Positions 1 to 9,070 of a stretch of 64,000 bases of DNA are shown in pieces. Under the pieces are notes generated by a model that was not told where the DNA came from, did not search any database, and saw only the letters and a program-made list of their open reading frames with translations. Position 1 is the first letter of the stretch; each line of letters starts with the position of its first letter. Source of the DNA: Myxococcales bacterium (GTDB lineage: Bacteria > Myxococcota_A > Polyangia > Polyangiales > Polyangiaceae). The translations under genes were made by a program, and so were the position numbers. The stretch spans positions 53,899 to 117,898 of the forward strand of contig JAYTOU010000032.1 in NCBI GenBank assembly GCA_043747615.1, read 5' to 3'.

Positions 1-2
1 GA

Positions 3-455
3 TACGGGCTCGGACTCCCGAACGTCGGCTCGAACGCTGGCATTCGCGACCTCAAAAATATTTCCGCAAACCCTGGCCGTGTTCCGCTTTCGGATGTCGC
101 GCCGGACGGAGCCGGGGCCATCCACGACACGCCGGTCGCCGGAGTGACGGCCGTCGTCATCCAGACATCTCCTTCGGCACACGGATCGGACATGTACAGC
201 TCGAAGGGGCACCGAACGTTCGCCATTCCCTACGCGCGGTTCGACCAGTCCACCCCTTTTCCGATGCTCGACAAAGACTTCAAGGTCAGAACTTCATACC
301 GCGAGATCCAGGCCACCCTCGTGCAGTTCATCGACGACGGATTCCAGGGAATCGTCCCCCGGGTGGCTGGCTTCAAGCCCCCCATCCGCGATTTCGACGA
401 TGACGGCACAGCCGACGATGTCGACCCCGACCCGAACAACCCAGCCATCAAGTAG
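3..455 (+). CDS. 3' part of a hypothetical protein (5'-truncated by window edge)
   Basis: Frame of ORF 144..455 is open back to base 3; ends with acidic DFDDDGTADDVDPDP motif. Confidence 0.6.
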   Translation, partial: YGLGLPNVGSNAGIRDLKNISANPGRVPLSDVAPDGAGAIHDTPVAGVTAVVIQTSPSAHGSDMYSSKGHRTFAIPYARFDQSTPFPMLDKDFKVRTSYREIQATLVQFIDDGFQGIVPRVAGFKPPIRDFDDDGTADDVDPDPNNPAIK

Positions 456-556
456 CACCGTGGAAATGGAAGGTGCGCCGAGTAGGCGACATCGTCCCGC
501 GCGCTGACGGTTTGTTTGCGACGTCCATCGCGAAGTTCCGGTGCTAGTTAAATAAA

Positions 557-1543
557 ATGGGAGCGACCTCCGGCCGATGGCCTCTCGGCGGGGTAACGGA
601 CGACTCGGCCTGGCGACGCGACGCAGTGGTCGGCGTCGCTCTTCTGACTCTCGCCGTGGGCGCTGTAATGCTGAAGCTGGCGCTGTGGGAGAGGCCGCTC
701 CTCTTGGCGGTCGCGGTCGGCGGACTCAGTCGTCTCGTGCTCGGGATGCGCGCGCGGCGAACGCGAAATGCACCGCGTGGATGGCTGACGGTGGATCCGA
801 CCGGCATCACGCGCATCGATGCGAAGGGGTCCACCATGCTCGCCGCCTGGACGCGACCGTTCGGGGTGACGATCCTCACCAACCCATCACGAACGCGCGG
901 ACTGCTCGCCTTCACCACACCGGACGCAACCCGTTACGTCGCCGTTGCCTGCGTCGGTCCAGAAGATCCCCCGCTCGCGCGTGACCTTTTTGCGCTCGGC
1001 GCGATGGTGCCAGACAACGACGCTTTTGGTTCCGAGGGCGACGATCAGGCGAGCCTGAGGCCCCGCGGCGGGCTCGAGCTCCTCCGATCCATCGCCGCCC
1101 ACGCTTCCCCGGCACTGCAGCACATTTATCTGTCTGGCTCGCACGGCGAAGCCATCGTGCTCGAAGGAACGGAGCTTCGCGTCGGAGCCAGCACCTTCGA
1201 TCTCACGTCACCCCTCGAGTGGCGCGGCTTCATGTTCCACGAGTCGGTCGGGCAAGTGGCGACGATTTACCAAGCGACGTGGGTTCGTCAGGCGGGGTCG
1301 GAGCTCGTGCTCGTCGCCCCCATGCCCGTAGAGATGAGCGTACCGGTGGAGTCGGACCTCCGGACGCGACGCGACTTGAAGTTGTTGCAATCTACACCCG
1401 ATGCCCCCCCTCCTCGCGAGCTTCGCCGCGCCATCGAGCGCCTCTTCATGCTTCCGCTCCGACAAGCTCTGGATCGCGCGCCCAAAGCTGCGCGGCAGAG
1501 TCTTCCTCCGGAGCACACGATTCCAGCGGGCCCATCTAGCTGA
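557..1543 (+). CDS. hypothetical membrane protein (two N-terminal hydrophobic helices)
   Basis: 328-aa ORF, GC3-rich codons, hydrophobic N-terminus. Confidence 0.7.
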   Translation: MGATSGRWPLGGVTDDSAWRRDAVVGVALLTLAVGAVMLKLALWERPLLLAVAVGGLSRLVLGMRARRTRNAPRGWLTVDPTGITRIDAKGSTMLAAWTRPFGVTILTNPSRTRGLLAFTTPDATRYVAVACVGPEDPPLARDLFALGAMVPDNDAFGSEGDDQASLRPRGGLELLRSIAAHASPALQHIYLSGSHGEAIVLEGTELRVGASTFDLTSPLEWRGFMFHESVGQVATIYQATWVRQAGSELVLVAPMPVEMSVPVESDLRTRRDLKLLQSTPDAPPPRELRRAIERLFMLPLRQALDRAPKAARQSLPPEHTIPAGPSS

Positions 1544-1612
1544 GCTTCATGCAGCAGTGACGCGTGATACACGTCACGCGGCGTAGGACGTCGTGTTAGA
1601 TCCGAGCGCGCC

Positions 1613-3592
1613 ATGGCGCTCTCGAACTTCTACGTCACGACTCCGATCTATTACGTCAACGACGTCCCGCATCTCGGGCACGCGTACACCACGGTCGCGG
1701 CCGACGCACTTCGCCGGTATCACGCGCTCCGCGGAGAAGACACGCGAATGCTGACCGGGACGGACGAGCACGGCCTGAAGATTGAGCGCCAAGCCGCCGA
1801 GCGCGGCATCACCCCGAAGGCCTTCGTCGACGAGATCAGCGTGCGCTTTCGCGACGCCTGGCCTCACTTTCAGATCCACGTCGATGATTTCATTCGGACC
1901 ACGGAGCCACGTCATACGGCCTTCGTCCAAGAGCTCTGGAAGAAGGTCGCCGCGAACGGCTTCCTCCGAAAAGGCTCCTACGAGGGCTGGTACTGCGTCG
2001 GCTGCGAGGGCTACAAAACGGAAAAAGATCTCCTGCCCGGCAACGTTTGCCCGGACCACCTGAAGCCGGTGGAGTGGCTGAAAGAGGAGACGTACTTCTT
2101 CGAGCTCCAAAAGTTCGAGAAGCAGCTCCTCGATCTGTACGAGAAAAACCCTGGTTTCGTGGGGCCTGCGACGAGGCGGAACGAGGTCATCAGCTTCGTC
2201 TCGAGCGGCCTCAAAGAGCTCAGCGTGTCGCGCACGACCTTCAACTGGGGCGTTCCCGTACCCGGCGATGAGAGCCATGTGATGTACGTGTGGTTCGACG
2301 CGCTCGCGAACTACCTCTCCGCGCTCGGCGGGGAGAAGGGCGAGCTCGGGCGCTTCTGGCCGCCGAGGGGACGCGCGATCCACCTCGTCGGAAAAGACAT
2401 CCTCCGTTTTCACGCCGTGTACTGGCCTGCGTTTTTGCTCGCCGCCGGCTACAGCGAAGCGGAGCTTCCGACCCAGATCTTCGCGCACGGTTTTCTCACC
2501 ATCGACGGGCAGAAAATGTCGAAAAGCCTGCGAAACGCGGTGGATCCGATCCGCTTGGCCAACGAGCTCGGCTCGGACACGCTTCGCTACTACCTTCTGC
2601 GCGCGATCGCTTTCGGCCAAGACGGAGACTTCGTTCACGCCGGGATCATCGAGCGCTACAACGCCGACCTCGCCAACAACCTCGGCAACCTTCTGCACCG
2701 CACGTTCGGCCTCTGCGCAAAATTCGCAGACGCGAAAGCCGAGCTCGGAGCCGCGAAAGAGCTCGAGACCGAGCTCGGCAAAAAAGCGGAGACCGCCTTC
2801 TTCGAGGCTCAAGCCGCCTGGGAGGACGTAGCTCCTCACCGCGCGCTCGAGCTCACATGGGCGCTCGCGGCGGCGGCGAATCAGTACGTCGATCGCGCGG
2901 CCCCGTGGGCGGTGGCGAAATCGCAGGACTGGCCGCATCTCGAGCGCGTTCTCGCAACGCTCCTTGAAGTGCTCCGCAATTTGAGCGTGATGATCTGGCC
3001 GGCGATGCCTGCGAAGAGCGACGCCATGCGCGTGCAGCTTGGACTCGATCCCATCGCCGTCAAACCGGGCAGCGACGTCTGGCCTCGACTCTTTGCGCCC
3101 ACGCGGCGCGTGGGCTTGGCTCCCGGCGCGCCTCTTTTTCCGACGTTCGACAAAGACGCGGAAGCGGCGCTGCTCGAGCGTTTGGCCCCTAAACCCGAGG
3201 TGATCGCGAAGAGCGACGTGGCCGGAGACAAGCCTTCTCCGCCGAGCCGGGAGGGGCCGCTCGCAAAAATTTCCTACGACCAGTTCGCGGCAACGGAGCT
3301 CAAAGTCGGCGTCGTGCGGACGTGCGAAAAAGTCCCCAAGAAGGACAAGCTCCTTCGTCTCGTCGTCGATCTTGGAGAGGCGGAGCCGCGCACGATCATC
3401 GCGGGTCTCGCGCTGTCGTTTGCTCCAGAGAGCCTCGTCGGCAAGCGCGTGGTGGTGGTCGCGAACCTGGAGCCCCGTGACTTCGGCAAGGGCCTTGTCT
3501 CCCACGGAATGCTCCTCGCAACCGGCCCGAGCGACGCGCTGATCCTCGCGACCGTCGAAGGCGATGCTGCTCCCGGCATGCGTCTCAAGTAG
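1613..3592 (+). CDS. metG: methionyl-tRNA synthetase with C-terminal tRNA-binding (Trbp111-like) domain
   Basis: TTPIYYVN, HLGH, GTDEHG, CxxC Zn knuckle, YVWFDAL, KMSKS; C-terminal OB fold (VVVANL..R...G..S.GMLL). Confidence 0.98.
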   Translation: MALSNFYVTTPIYYVNDVPHLGHAYTTVAADALRRYHALRGEDTRMLTGTDEHGLKIERQAAERGITPKAFVDEISVRFRDAWPHFQIHVDDFIRTTEPRHTAFVQELWKKVAANGFLRKGSYEGWYCVGCEGYKTEKDLLPGNVCPDHLKPVEWLKEETYFFELQKFEKQLLDLYEKNPGFVGPATRRNEVISFVSSGLKELSVSRTTFNWGVPVPGDESHVMYVWFDALANYLSALGGEKGELGRFWPPRGRAIHLVGKDILRFHAVYWPAFLLAAGYSEAELPTQIFAHGFLTIDGQKMSKSLRNAVDPIRLANELGSDTLRYYLLRAIAFGQDGDFVHAGIIERYNADLANNLGNLLHRTFGLCAKFADAKAELGAAKELETELGKKAETAFFEAQAAWEDVAPHRALELTWALAAAANQYVDRAAPWAVAKSQDWPHLERVLATLLEVLRNLSVMIWPAMPAKSDAMRVQLGLDPIAVKPGSDVWPRLFAPTRRVGLAPGAPLFPTFDKDAEAALLERLAPKPEVIAKSDVAGDKPSPPSREGPLAKISYDQFAATELKVGVVRTCEKVPKKDKLLRLVVDLGEAEPRTIIAGLALSFAPESLVGKRVVVVANLEPRDFGKGLVSHGMLLATGPSDALILATVEGDAAPGMRLK

Positions 3593-3618
3593 TCGTCGCG
3601 CTCAGTCGACGCGGCGTT

Positions 3619-4929
3619 TCAATCGACGCGGCCGCGAACGAGTGGCACGGGACTCGGCGCAGCGGGTTCCAAGCGAAATGCGTTGCGCACGCGATCGCTG
3701 ACTTTCGCGGCGTCGGAAGCGTTTCGCACGTGCAGCTGCGCGAGCTCGTCTCCGCGCTTCACGTGTGCGCCGGGCTTCGCAAAGATCGAAATTCCTACTT
3801 CCGGATCGACGGCCTGATCGGCGCGCGTGCGACCGGCTCCCATGGCCACCGAGGCCATGCCGATCTCGAGCGCGTCGACGCCGGCGACGAATCCATCGCT
3901 CGAAGCAGTGACCGCCACCGTAACCTCCGCCACTTTCATACGCGCCGGCTCGGTCACCACCTTTGCATCGCCACCCTGGGCTGCGACCAAACGCTCCATG
4001 ATCCGTACACCGTCGCCGCTGCTGATCGCCTTTGAAATAAGGGTCCGCCCCTCGGTTGCGTCTTTTGCTTTTCCACCAAGAACGAGCATCTCCGCGCCGA
4101 GGACAAGGGTGCACTCGACGAGATCCGCCGGTCCTTTGCCGTGCAGAACCTCGAGCGCCTCGCGGGTCTCGATGGCGTTGCCCACGGCGACGCCGAGCGG
4201 CGAGTCCATGTTCGTGAGAATGGCGACGACTTTTTTGTGCGCTCGGGTCCCCACCCGCACGAGCGCCTCTGCCAGCTTGCGAGCGCTCGCCTCGTCTTTC
4301 ATGAAGGCACCCCGCCCGACCTTCACGTCGAGCACGAGACCGTCGATTCCTTCGGCGAGCTTCTTCGAAAGAATGGAAGCCACGATGAGCGGAATGCACT
4401 CGACCGTCGCCGTCACGTCGCGCAGCGCGTAAATACGCTTGTCTGCGGGGGCAATCTCCTTCGTCTGCCCGATGAGCGACGTGCCCACCTCGCCGACGAT
4501 CCGCGAGAAGTCTGCCACGCTGAGATCCGTCCGGAAGCCCGGGATCGCCTCGAGCTTGTCGAGCGTGCCCCCGGTGTGACCGAGCCCGCGACCGCTGACC
4601 ATGGGAACGGGAACCCCACAGGCCGCCACGAGCGGCGCTAAGCAGATCGAGACCTTGTCCCCCACTCCGCCCGTGGAATGTTTGTCGACCTTGATCCCGG
4701 GAACGGACGAAAGATCGATCACCGTTCCCGAGGCGAGCATTGCCTCGGTGAGGGCGACGGTCTCGGCGTCGTCGAGACCGCGTAAAAACGCGGCCATCAG
4801 AAACGCCGACATCTGGTAGTCCGCGACCGACCCGTCCATGAACGACGAAATCAGGTAGGCGATCTCCTCGCTCGTGAGGCACAGCCCGTCCCTCTTGGCG
4901 GAAATTAGCTCGACGATCGATCGCTGCAT
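3619..4929 (-). CDS. deoA: thymidine / pyrimidine-nucleoside phosphorylase
   Basis: DKHSTGGVGDK, SGRGLGHTGGTLDKLE, YALRDVTATV, SKKLAEG, LDVKVGRGAFMK; start taken at ATG 4929 (MQRSIVELISAKRDG). Confidence 0.95.
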   Translation of the reverse strand: MQRSIVELISAKRDGLCLTSEEIAYLISSFMDGSVADYQMSAFLMAAFLRGLDDAETVALTEAMLASGTVIDLSSVPGIKVDKHSTGGVGDKVSICLAPLVAACGVPVPMVSGRGLGHTGGTLDKLEAIPGFRTDLSVADFSRIVGEVGTSLIGQTKEIAPADKRIYALRDVTATVECIPLIVASILSKKLAEGIDGLVLDVKVGRGAFMKDEASARKLAEALVRVGTRAHKKVVAILTNMDSPLGVAVGNAIETREALEVLHGKGPADLVECTLVLGAEMLVLGGKAKDATEGRTLISKAISSGDGVRIMERLVAAQGGDAKVVTEPARMKVAEVTVAVTASSDGFVAGVDALEIGMASVAMGAGRTRADQAVDPEVGISIFAKPGAHVKRGDELAQLHVRNASDAAKVSDRVRNAFRLEPAAPSPVPLVRGRVD

Positions 4930-4972
4930 GGCGTCCGCAACGTTAGCATCTTGCACTACACTCGCGCGTACG

Positions 4973-5491
4973 ATGCGAACCCACGTTCTTCCTTTCGTTC
5001 TCCTGCTGATGACCGCCTGCTCGAAGCCGGAGGGCGAATCGAGGCCTGCGGATCCGCCGCCACCTCCTGCCCCTTCCGTGCCGAGCGAAGCTCCGAGCGC
5101 GCCCGTCGCGGTGGTGCCGAGCGCAGCGCCAAGCACGACCCCGAGCGCAGTGGCCATCGCCGTTCCGAGCGCGACGGGCAGCGCGAAGCCTGTAGCTACG
5201 GGGCCAACCTGCGGAGTGAAGCCGCTACCCGACTGCCCGCTGCAGGCTTGGATGAAGGCGAATACCGCTCCTGCGATGGCCGCCGGCGACATGCCCGCCC
5301 TCGCGACTGCGTTCGATCAGATCGCGAAGTTCGCCCCCCCCGGCTACACGAACTGGGCGTCGATATCGAAGGACGGCGCGAGGGCCGGACGCGAAGCCCA
5401 GCTCGACGCGGTGAAAGCGGCGTGCCGCGGATGCCACGATCAGTACAAGACGAAATACAAAACCGAGATTCGCACGCGCGCGCTTCCCTGA
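4973..5491 (+). CDS. lipoprotein with C-terminal CxxCH, cytochrome c'-like
   Basis: Lipobox LMTAC, Pro/Ala linker, helical domain ending ACRGCHDQYK. Confidence 0.8.
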   Translation: MRTHVLPFVLLLMTACSKPEGESRPADPPPPPAPSVPSEAPSAPVAVVPSAAPSTTPSAVAIAVPSATGSAKPVATGPTCGVKPLPDCPLQAWMKANTAPAMAAGDMPALATAFDQIAKFAPPGYTNWASISKDGARAGREAQLDAVKAACRGCHDQYKTKYKTEIRTRALP

Positions 5492-5493
5492 GG

Positions 5494-6723
5494 ATGGCGG
5501 AGATCCCCAAACCGAAAGGCTCGGTCGCTTCGTCCCCGGAACGAGGCAGCATCGTGGCTCCGCGCGGATCGGTCCCACCGCGTGGATCAATCATACCGCC
5601 GCGCGCATCGATTCCGCCGCACGCAGTGGTCCCGCCGCGTGGGTCAATCCCGCCGCGTGGCTCGCTCCCTCCCGCGGTCAACTACATGACACGCTTGCCG
5701 CCGCGCGCTCGGAAGCGCGGACGTGCGGCTGGAGAATTCACGCAGTTTCGCCGGTTGGATCGCCTTCGTGAGACACTCGAGAGCCACCCGGGTGGCCTCT
5801 CCCTCGAGAGCCTCGCCGGGATGCTGTACGTGACGACGCGCTCGGTACGCCGTTACTTGAAAGAGCTCGAGCGTGACAAACAGATCGAGTCCGTGCCTAC
5901 CGCTCCCGGCGGCGCGCACCTCTGGCGCATCAAGCCGAGTGAGCGCGGACGAGCCCTCCTCCTCCGTCGAACGCAGGCGTACGGGCTCCTGGCGACCCGC
6001 AAGGTCTTCGAGGTCATTCGCGGCTCGGCGCTCTTCGACGAGCTGGACCTCGTGCATCGCCAGCTCCTTCTTCTCGCTCATCGGCCGACGCGCACCGGCG
6101 TTCGCGGAGAAATACCGAGCGACCAACGCCTCGAGGAGCGGGTCGTCTACGTCCCGCATCCGCCGCGCAACTACGTGGCAAAAGCCGAAGAGCTCGACGC
6201 GCTCTTCGATGCCGTCGCAAACCTCCGGGTGATCCGCCTTCGCTACGACGGCCAGCCGTCGATCACGCTCCATCCGTACGCACTCTTCCTGCACAAAGGC
6301 GCAGTGTTCTGTGCGGGTCACGCCGTCGAAGCAAAAACGACGCGGGTCCTGTCGTTCGATCGCATGCGCGGCACATCGATCGTCGAGGGACTAAGCTTCG
6401 CGTTGCCCGACGGGCTCGATCTAAACGAGTTCATCCAGGGCGAGCTCGGGATTGGCTGGGCCGCGAAGCGCATCAAGGTGCTCATCGAATTCGAGGCGCG
6501 CGCAGCAGAGGAATTACGCGCTCGCAAAGTTCACCCCTCCCAGCGTCTGGCCACGGCATCGGACGGACGCATGCGCCTCTCGATGTCCGTCACCGATCTC
6601 GCCGAAGTGCAAGCGTGGGTGCTCGCCTTCGGAGACGCGGCGCGGGTCGTCGAGCCACGTGAGCTCGTCGAGAGTGTGTCCTCGGCGCTCCGGATTGCGC
6701 TCGCAAAATATGATGTAGGCTAG
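5494..6723 (+). CDS. HTH-WYL-WCX transcriptional regulator (PafBC/DriD-like)
   Basis: wHTH (LAGMLYVTTRSVRRYLKEL), WYL-like (LHPYAL...RVLSFDRM), WCX (HPSQ...WVLAFGDAARVVEP); ATG 5494 is 2 nt after the upstream stop. Confidence 0.9.
   Translation: MAEIPKPKGSVASSPERGSIVAPRGSVPPRGSIIPPRASIPPHAVVPPRGSIPPRGSLPPAVNYMTRLPPRARKRGRAAGEFTQFRRLDRLRETLESHPGGLSLESLAGMLYVTTRSVRRYLKELERDKQIESVPTAPGGAHLWRIKPSERGRALLLRRTQAYGLLATRKVFEVIRGSALFDELDLVHRQLLLLAHRPTRTGVRGEIPSDQRLEERVVYVPHPPRNYVAKAEELDALFDAVANLRVIRLRYDGQPSITLHPYALFLHKGAVFCAGHAVEAKTTRVLSFDRMRGTSIVEGLSFALPDGLDLNEFIQGELGIGWAAKRIKVLIEFEARAAEELRARKVHPSQRLATASDGRMRLSMSVTDLAEVQAWVLAFGDAARVVEPRELVESVSSALRIALAKYDVG
5539..5673 (+). repeat. imperfect tandem coding repeat PPRGS[IVL] in the WYL protein N-terminus
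   Basis: ERGSIVAPRGSVPPRGSIIPPRASIPPHAVVPPRGSIPPRGSLPP. Confidence 0.85.
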
Positions 6724-6769
6724 GGCGAATCACGCTTCGCTTTGCGGGCACGCTGTTGGTGAGTGCGGC

Positions 6770-7394
6770 TCTTCTTTTTTGCGTCGACGCCGAAGGGAGA
6801 AAAGACACTTATTTTCTGTCTGGCGCGAGCAACCTCGGGAGCATGGTGGCGCTCCTTGGTTATCCGTTCTTGCTCTAAGCCGATGTTCGGATTGAAGCAG
6901 CAAGCCGGGCCTGGCAGGTCGGCTACGGCGCGCTCATCGTGCTGCTGCTCCCGTGCGCGTACACGGCATTCACGGTCGCGTCCATGGTCTGCCACGGGGA
7001 GCTCGCCAACGATCGCCCGGGGCGATCCGATCGTGCCCGCGCTGATCGGCGTGCTCGTCGTCGGCCTCGATTTCGTCTGGACGGGACGACAATCCACGGG
7101 CGGCAAGCCATCGATCCCGCGCGCCACCGTGAGCCCATCGGCTATTACGATCGCACGGGGCCCCTCGGAAAAATCTTCGACCAGTTTCACGCCGAAGGTG
7201 AGAACGGCCACATCGGAATCAGCTGTCTCGGCTCGGGGGGAATGTCGGCGTACACACGCCCCGGAGAGACCTGGACGTTCTACGAGATCAATCCGGTGAT
7301 GGTCCGCATCGCTCGAACTCCGGCCTACTTCACCTACCTCTCCGATTTTTCGGGCGACATCCCGTGCGCGGTCATTCTCGAGAGATGCGCGTAG
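6770..7394 (+). pseudogene. degraded remnant of a fused membrane/spermidine-synthase-like gene
   Basis: Family motifs spread over different frames: DTYFLSGASNLGSMVALLGYPFLL* (TAA 6876-6878), VCHGELANDRP, YYDRTGPLG, CLGSGGMSAY, FYEINPVMVRIA...FTYL. Confidence 0.8.
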
Positions 7395-7488
7395 CTCCGG
7401 CTATTTGCGGAGCGAAGGTGATCCGAGCAGGCGCGTGTGGACCGACGACTTTTCGAACTCGCTGGGTGCGATGCGCTGGTGGTGACGA

Positions 7489-9045
7489 TCAGCGGGGAAT
7501 AACGCTGAATACGGGCTGCCACTTGTCGAACCCGCCGAGCTTGGCAGACTCCGGATTGGCCGGCGTGACGACGTCCTCGGCGCGACCGAGGAGCGCGAAC
7601 TTTTCGTCCTGGTACACCACGCTCAAATCCGCGCCGTATGCTTCGCGCTTGGAAAACCCGACGGACCGCACCGGAAGAAGGACGTAGTCGGATTTCGTTT
7701 TCTTCCAGCTCTCCGCGTACGTCGGGCTGGCCGGGTCGAACGCGTCGGCAACGTCGGTGACCGTGGACTCCGGGTAGACTTCCTCGTAGCGACCATCCAT
7801 GGAGATCTGCGTCTTCGGGTAGAGGCGCCAGAGCGCGTAGCTGCCATTGTTGAAATCAACAAGGAGCTTCTTTCCGTCTTTCCCGTTGGCCCGCAACCAT
7901 TCCAAAGCCTGCACGGGGTAGGTATCGAGGGTGAGCGGAACGAGGGTGCCCTCCGCAGCTCTCATCGCGACATGGACCACGCAGAGGAGCGCTATCCCGC
8001 ACGTGGCAACGCCGCCCATGCGCTTCGCCGCGACGAGAAGACTCGGCCTGCGGCGCTCGACCGCGTCTATCAGCGCGTCAACGTACTCGGCGCCGTACAC
8101 CACACAAACCATAGAGAAAATGGCGGCCAACCGATTTGCCCGCGCCGCAAAGAAAACGGCAGAAGCCAGGAACAAGCCCACGTGAAGCGGGGGCAGCTTG
8201 CGCGTCGTGAGCGCCCCTCCCAAGACGAGTAGCCCAATGGAGATCGTTGTCCACGATGCAGGGTTCGACAGACGCAGCGGACCCCATTCGGTGATCGTTG
8301 GTCGGGGCATCGTGACCGCCTCGATCATGTACGTGCTGAAGCTGAATCCCGGATAGGGGTTCAAAAACGCCACCACGAGGACCGAGACCGCGAACGTCAC
8401 CGCAAGATGAATCCAGCCCGCGCGCCGCTCGATCAGGAAGGCTCCGGCCGCGAGCGCATGAAGGCCGAGGCCGACGACGAACCCTCCGTGCGCGTTCGCC
8501 CAGACCAGCATGATCAGCGGAAGAAAAATAATTCCCGTCAGCGAGCGTCGGCGAAAAGCCAAGACGAAGATGAGCAAGTAAACGGGAAGGAAGAAATACG
8601 TGAATAGCTGAGATCGCACGACGCTCGACCACACGTACGAAGAGTCCATTGCGCCGACGAGGAGCAAGACGAATCCCGACTTCGCCTTCGGGGCATAGAT
8701 CTCCTGCGCAGCGAAGAGCACGGCAATCGACGCGAAAGCCCCGAGTGCACGGACGACCTGGAGCGCGAGATCTCCCCCCCGCGAGACTCCGTAAAACGTC
8801 AGCGCCGCCAACCACTCGTGATCGATCCACAGGGCTTTTTTAGCCGTGTAGGCAAAGGGATCGACGATCGGAACCTTGCCCGCCAGGGTGATGAGATGGC
8901 CAGCCGCGACGCGAGCGAAGAGGTCCGGATCGGCTCCGCGAGTTTGCAGGAGTGAGGCGAAAACGAAGAGGCAGACGAGCGGAACCACCGTGCGAGGGCT
9001 CGTAATGCGATCGATGACGGAATCCGCGAGCTCTTCGAAAGACAT
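7489..9045 (-). CDS. polytopic membrane protein, GT-C-like glycosyltransferase
   Basis: About 11-13 hydrophobic segments; DPDLFARVAAG, W.DHEWL, R.Q.F, WANAHGGF, EW.P, DGRYEEVY. Confidence 0.7.
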   Translation of the reverse strand: MSFEELADSVIDRITSPRTVVPLVCLFVFASLLQTRGADPDLFARVAAGHLITLAGKVPIVDPFAYTAKKALWIDHEWLAALTFYGVSRGGDLALQVVRALGAFASIAVLFAAQEIYAPKAKSGFVLLLVGAMDSSYVWSSVVRSQLFTYFFLPVYLLIFVLAFRRRSLTGIIFLPLIMLVWANAHGGFVVGLGLHALAAGAFLIERRAGWIHLAVTFAVSVLVVAFLNPYPGFSFSTYMIEAVTMPRPTITEWGPLRLSNPASWTTISIGLLVLGGALTTRKLPPLHVGLFLASAVFFAARANRLAAIFSMVCVVYGAEYVDALIDAVERRRPSLLVAAKRMGGVATCGIALLCVVHVAMRAAEGTLVPLTLDTYPVQALEWLRANGKDGKKLLVDFNNGSYALWRLYPKTQISMDGRYEEVYPESTVTDVADAFDPASPTYAESWKKTKSDYVLLPVRSVGFSKREAYGADLSVVYQDEKFALLGRAEDVVTPANPESAKLGGFDKWQPVFSVIPR

Positions 9046-9070
9046 CTTCCCGAACGTATCCGCGCGTCGT

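Noticed and set aside
1557..1580. Inverted repeat CGCGTGA-N6-TCACGCG upstream of metG as a T-box or SAM riboswitch
   Set aside because: The intergenic gap is only ~70 nt and has no T-box or S-box consensus
1574..3505. Long antisense/alternate-frame ORFs (e.g. 1574..3505-, 11722..13050-, 49807..51180+, 47123..48322+)
   Set aside because: Shadows of well-supported genes; expected with high GC3 and without recognisable motifs
4930..5292. N-terminal extensions of deoA (to 5292) and the WYL gene (from 4951) in the ORF track
   Set aside because: They overlap the lipoprotein gene; family homology begins at 4929 and 5494
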